DNA from: Haliotis rubra
Taxonomy: Eukaryota
NCBI RefSeq assembly: GCF_003918875.1
Contig: NW_025767088.1
Coordinates: forward strand, 62,001 to 126,000
Reading direction: 5' to 3'
DNA: 64,000 nt
Part shown: piece by piece, positions 63,101 to 64,000 of the stretch
Layout: each line of letters opens with the position of its first letter
How positions within the stretch are numbered: position 1 is the stretch's first letter
The notes under the pieces: generated by a model
What the model saw: only the letters and a program-made list of their open reading frames with translations
The model's database searches: none
Told to the model about the DNA's origin: nothing
Translations under genes and position numbers: made by a program

Positions 63101-64000
63101 TACCATAACTCCGGCCTCCACATCTACAACCACACCTGATACCATCACGACTCCTATCACAGCTGACGTCAGCACATCTGCTACCACAGCTGACACGGCA
63201 ACTACTACCACAGCTGACGCCATCACAACCACTACAACAGCTGACGTCATCACATCTACTACCACAGCTGACACGGCAACTACTACCACAGCTGACGCCA
63301 TCACATCTGCTACCACCGTTGACTCTATCACATCTACTACCACAGCTGACACGGCAACTACTAACAGAGCTGACGCCATCACGACTAATACCACAGCTGA
63401 CGTCATCACATCTACTACCACAGCTGACACAACAACTACAGCTAACTCCACGACTTCTCCTACTGCTGACACCACAACTACAGTTAACACCACGAATACT
63501 CCTCCAGCTGAAACGACACCTACAGCTAATGCCACGACGTATCGTACAGCTGACACCAGTACTACAGCTAACACCATACCTACAGCTGACACCAGTACTA
63601 CAACTAACGCCACGACTCCTACAGCTCACACAAGTACTACAGGTAACGCCATGACTTATTCAACTGCTGACACCACAACAACAGCTAACGCCATGACTTC
63701 TGCTACAGCTGACACTACAACTACAGCTAACGCCACGACGTCTCCAACTGCTGACACAACAACAACAGCTAACGCCATGACTTCTGCTACAGCTGACACT
63801 ACAACTACAGCTAACGTCACGACGTCTCCTACAGCTGACACCACAACAACAGCTAACGCCATGACTTCTGCTACAGCTGACACTCCAACTACAGGTAACG
63901 CCACGACGTCTCCAACTGCTGACACCACAACTACAGCTAACTGTACGACGACAGCTACAGCTGAAACCAGTACTACAAATAATGCCACGACGTCTCCTAC
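57120..64000 (+). CDS. Secreted Thr-rich mucin-like protein (5' part; continues beyond the window)
   Basis: Exon 57120-57207 encodes MAWMCYSRTLRKNVNVAWLVLLVTIQLMF (signal-peptide-like) and ends in phase 1 at G|GTAAG. A phase-compatible acceptor (ctatccttag) opens a huge exon at 58241 of TTTADATTTTTPDTITS repeats. Frame breaks are confined to ~58985-59890; the frame appears open from ~59890 to the window end. Confidence 0.75.
57585..57960 (-). mobile_element. Tc1 transposase N-terminal HTH relic in mucin intron 1
   Basis: DVARHYNVHQSTISRLWARY...DRLRSGRPRVTTPAQDRYIR contains the paired-like HTH and the GRPR motif. Confidence 0.8.
58390..64000 (+). repeat. Coding tandem repeat of the mucin PTS domain (24- and 48-bp units, kb-scale higher-order duplications)
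   Basis: Units are gctgacgctacaactactaccaca and cctgacaccatcacttctactactaca. The distinctive block gttgattctatcatattaacaactacagctgaa occurs near 61115 and near 62953. Confidence 0.95.

Noticed and set aside
58389-63988. Long Val-rich and Cys/Ser-rich minus-strand ORFs and Leu/Gln-rich plus-strand ORFs
   Set aside because: They are shadow frames of the ACN-rich mucin repeat. The Thr frame is the one joined in phase to a signal-peptide exon.

Overview
This is eukaryotic, intron-rich, AT-rich animal genomic DNA. The repeat families look like those of a marine mollusc, possibly abalone (inference from recognition, not verified). The window holds a tandem cluster of class I SAM-dependent methyltransferase genes of the METTL27/WBSCR27 family, each with five coding exons. 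Four copies look intact (164-2507 +, 8747-11560 +, 18781-20744 +, 38405-54246 +). One minus-strand copy has a disrupted first exon (30860-34240), and one orphan last exon lies at about 27888-28067. The window ends in the 5' part of a secreted Thr-rich mucin-like gene (57120 to >64000). Introns and intergenic DNA are full of SINEs (three families), Harbinger-type and hAT-type MITEs, Tc1 and R4-like relics, and a Penelope fragment with hammerhead motifs. Intron 4 of the last methyltransferase copy contains a nest: a long-TIR foldback element whose right TIR is split by a 5'-complete RNase H-bearing (I/Nimb-type) LINE. The most striking signal is RNA structure. The LINE begins with a compact 58-nt HDV-like ribozyme fold (48750-48807), followed immediately by an H-type pseudoknot (48809-48843). 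The same pseudoknot geometry, with three compensatory base-pair changes, forms the 5' head of an abundant non-tRNA SINE family that also shares the LINE's 3' tail. All calls were made by eye; no searches or folding programs were run.
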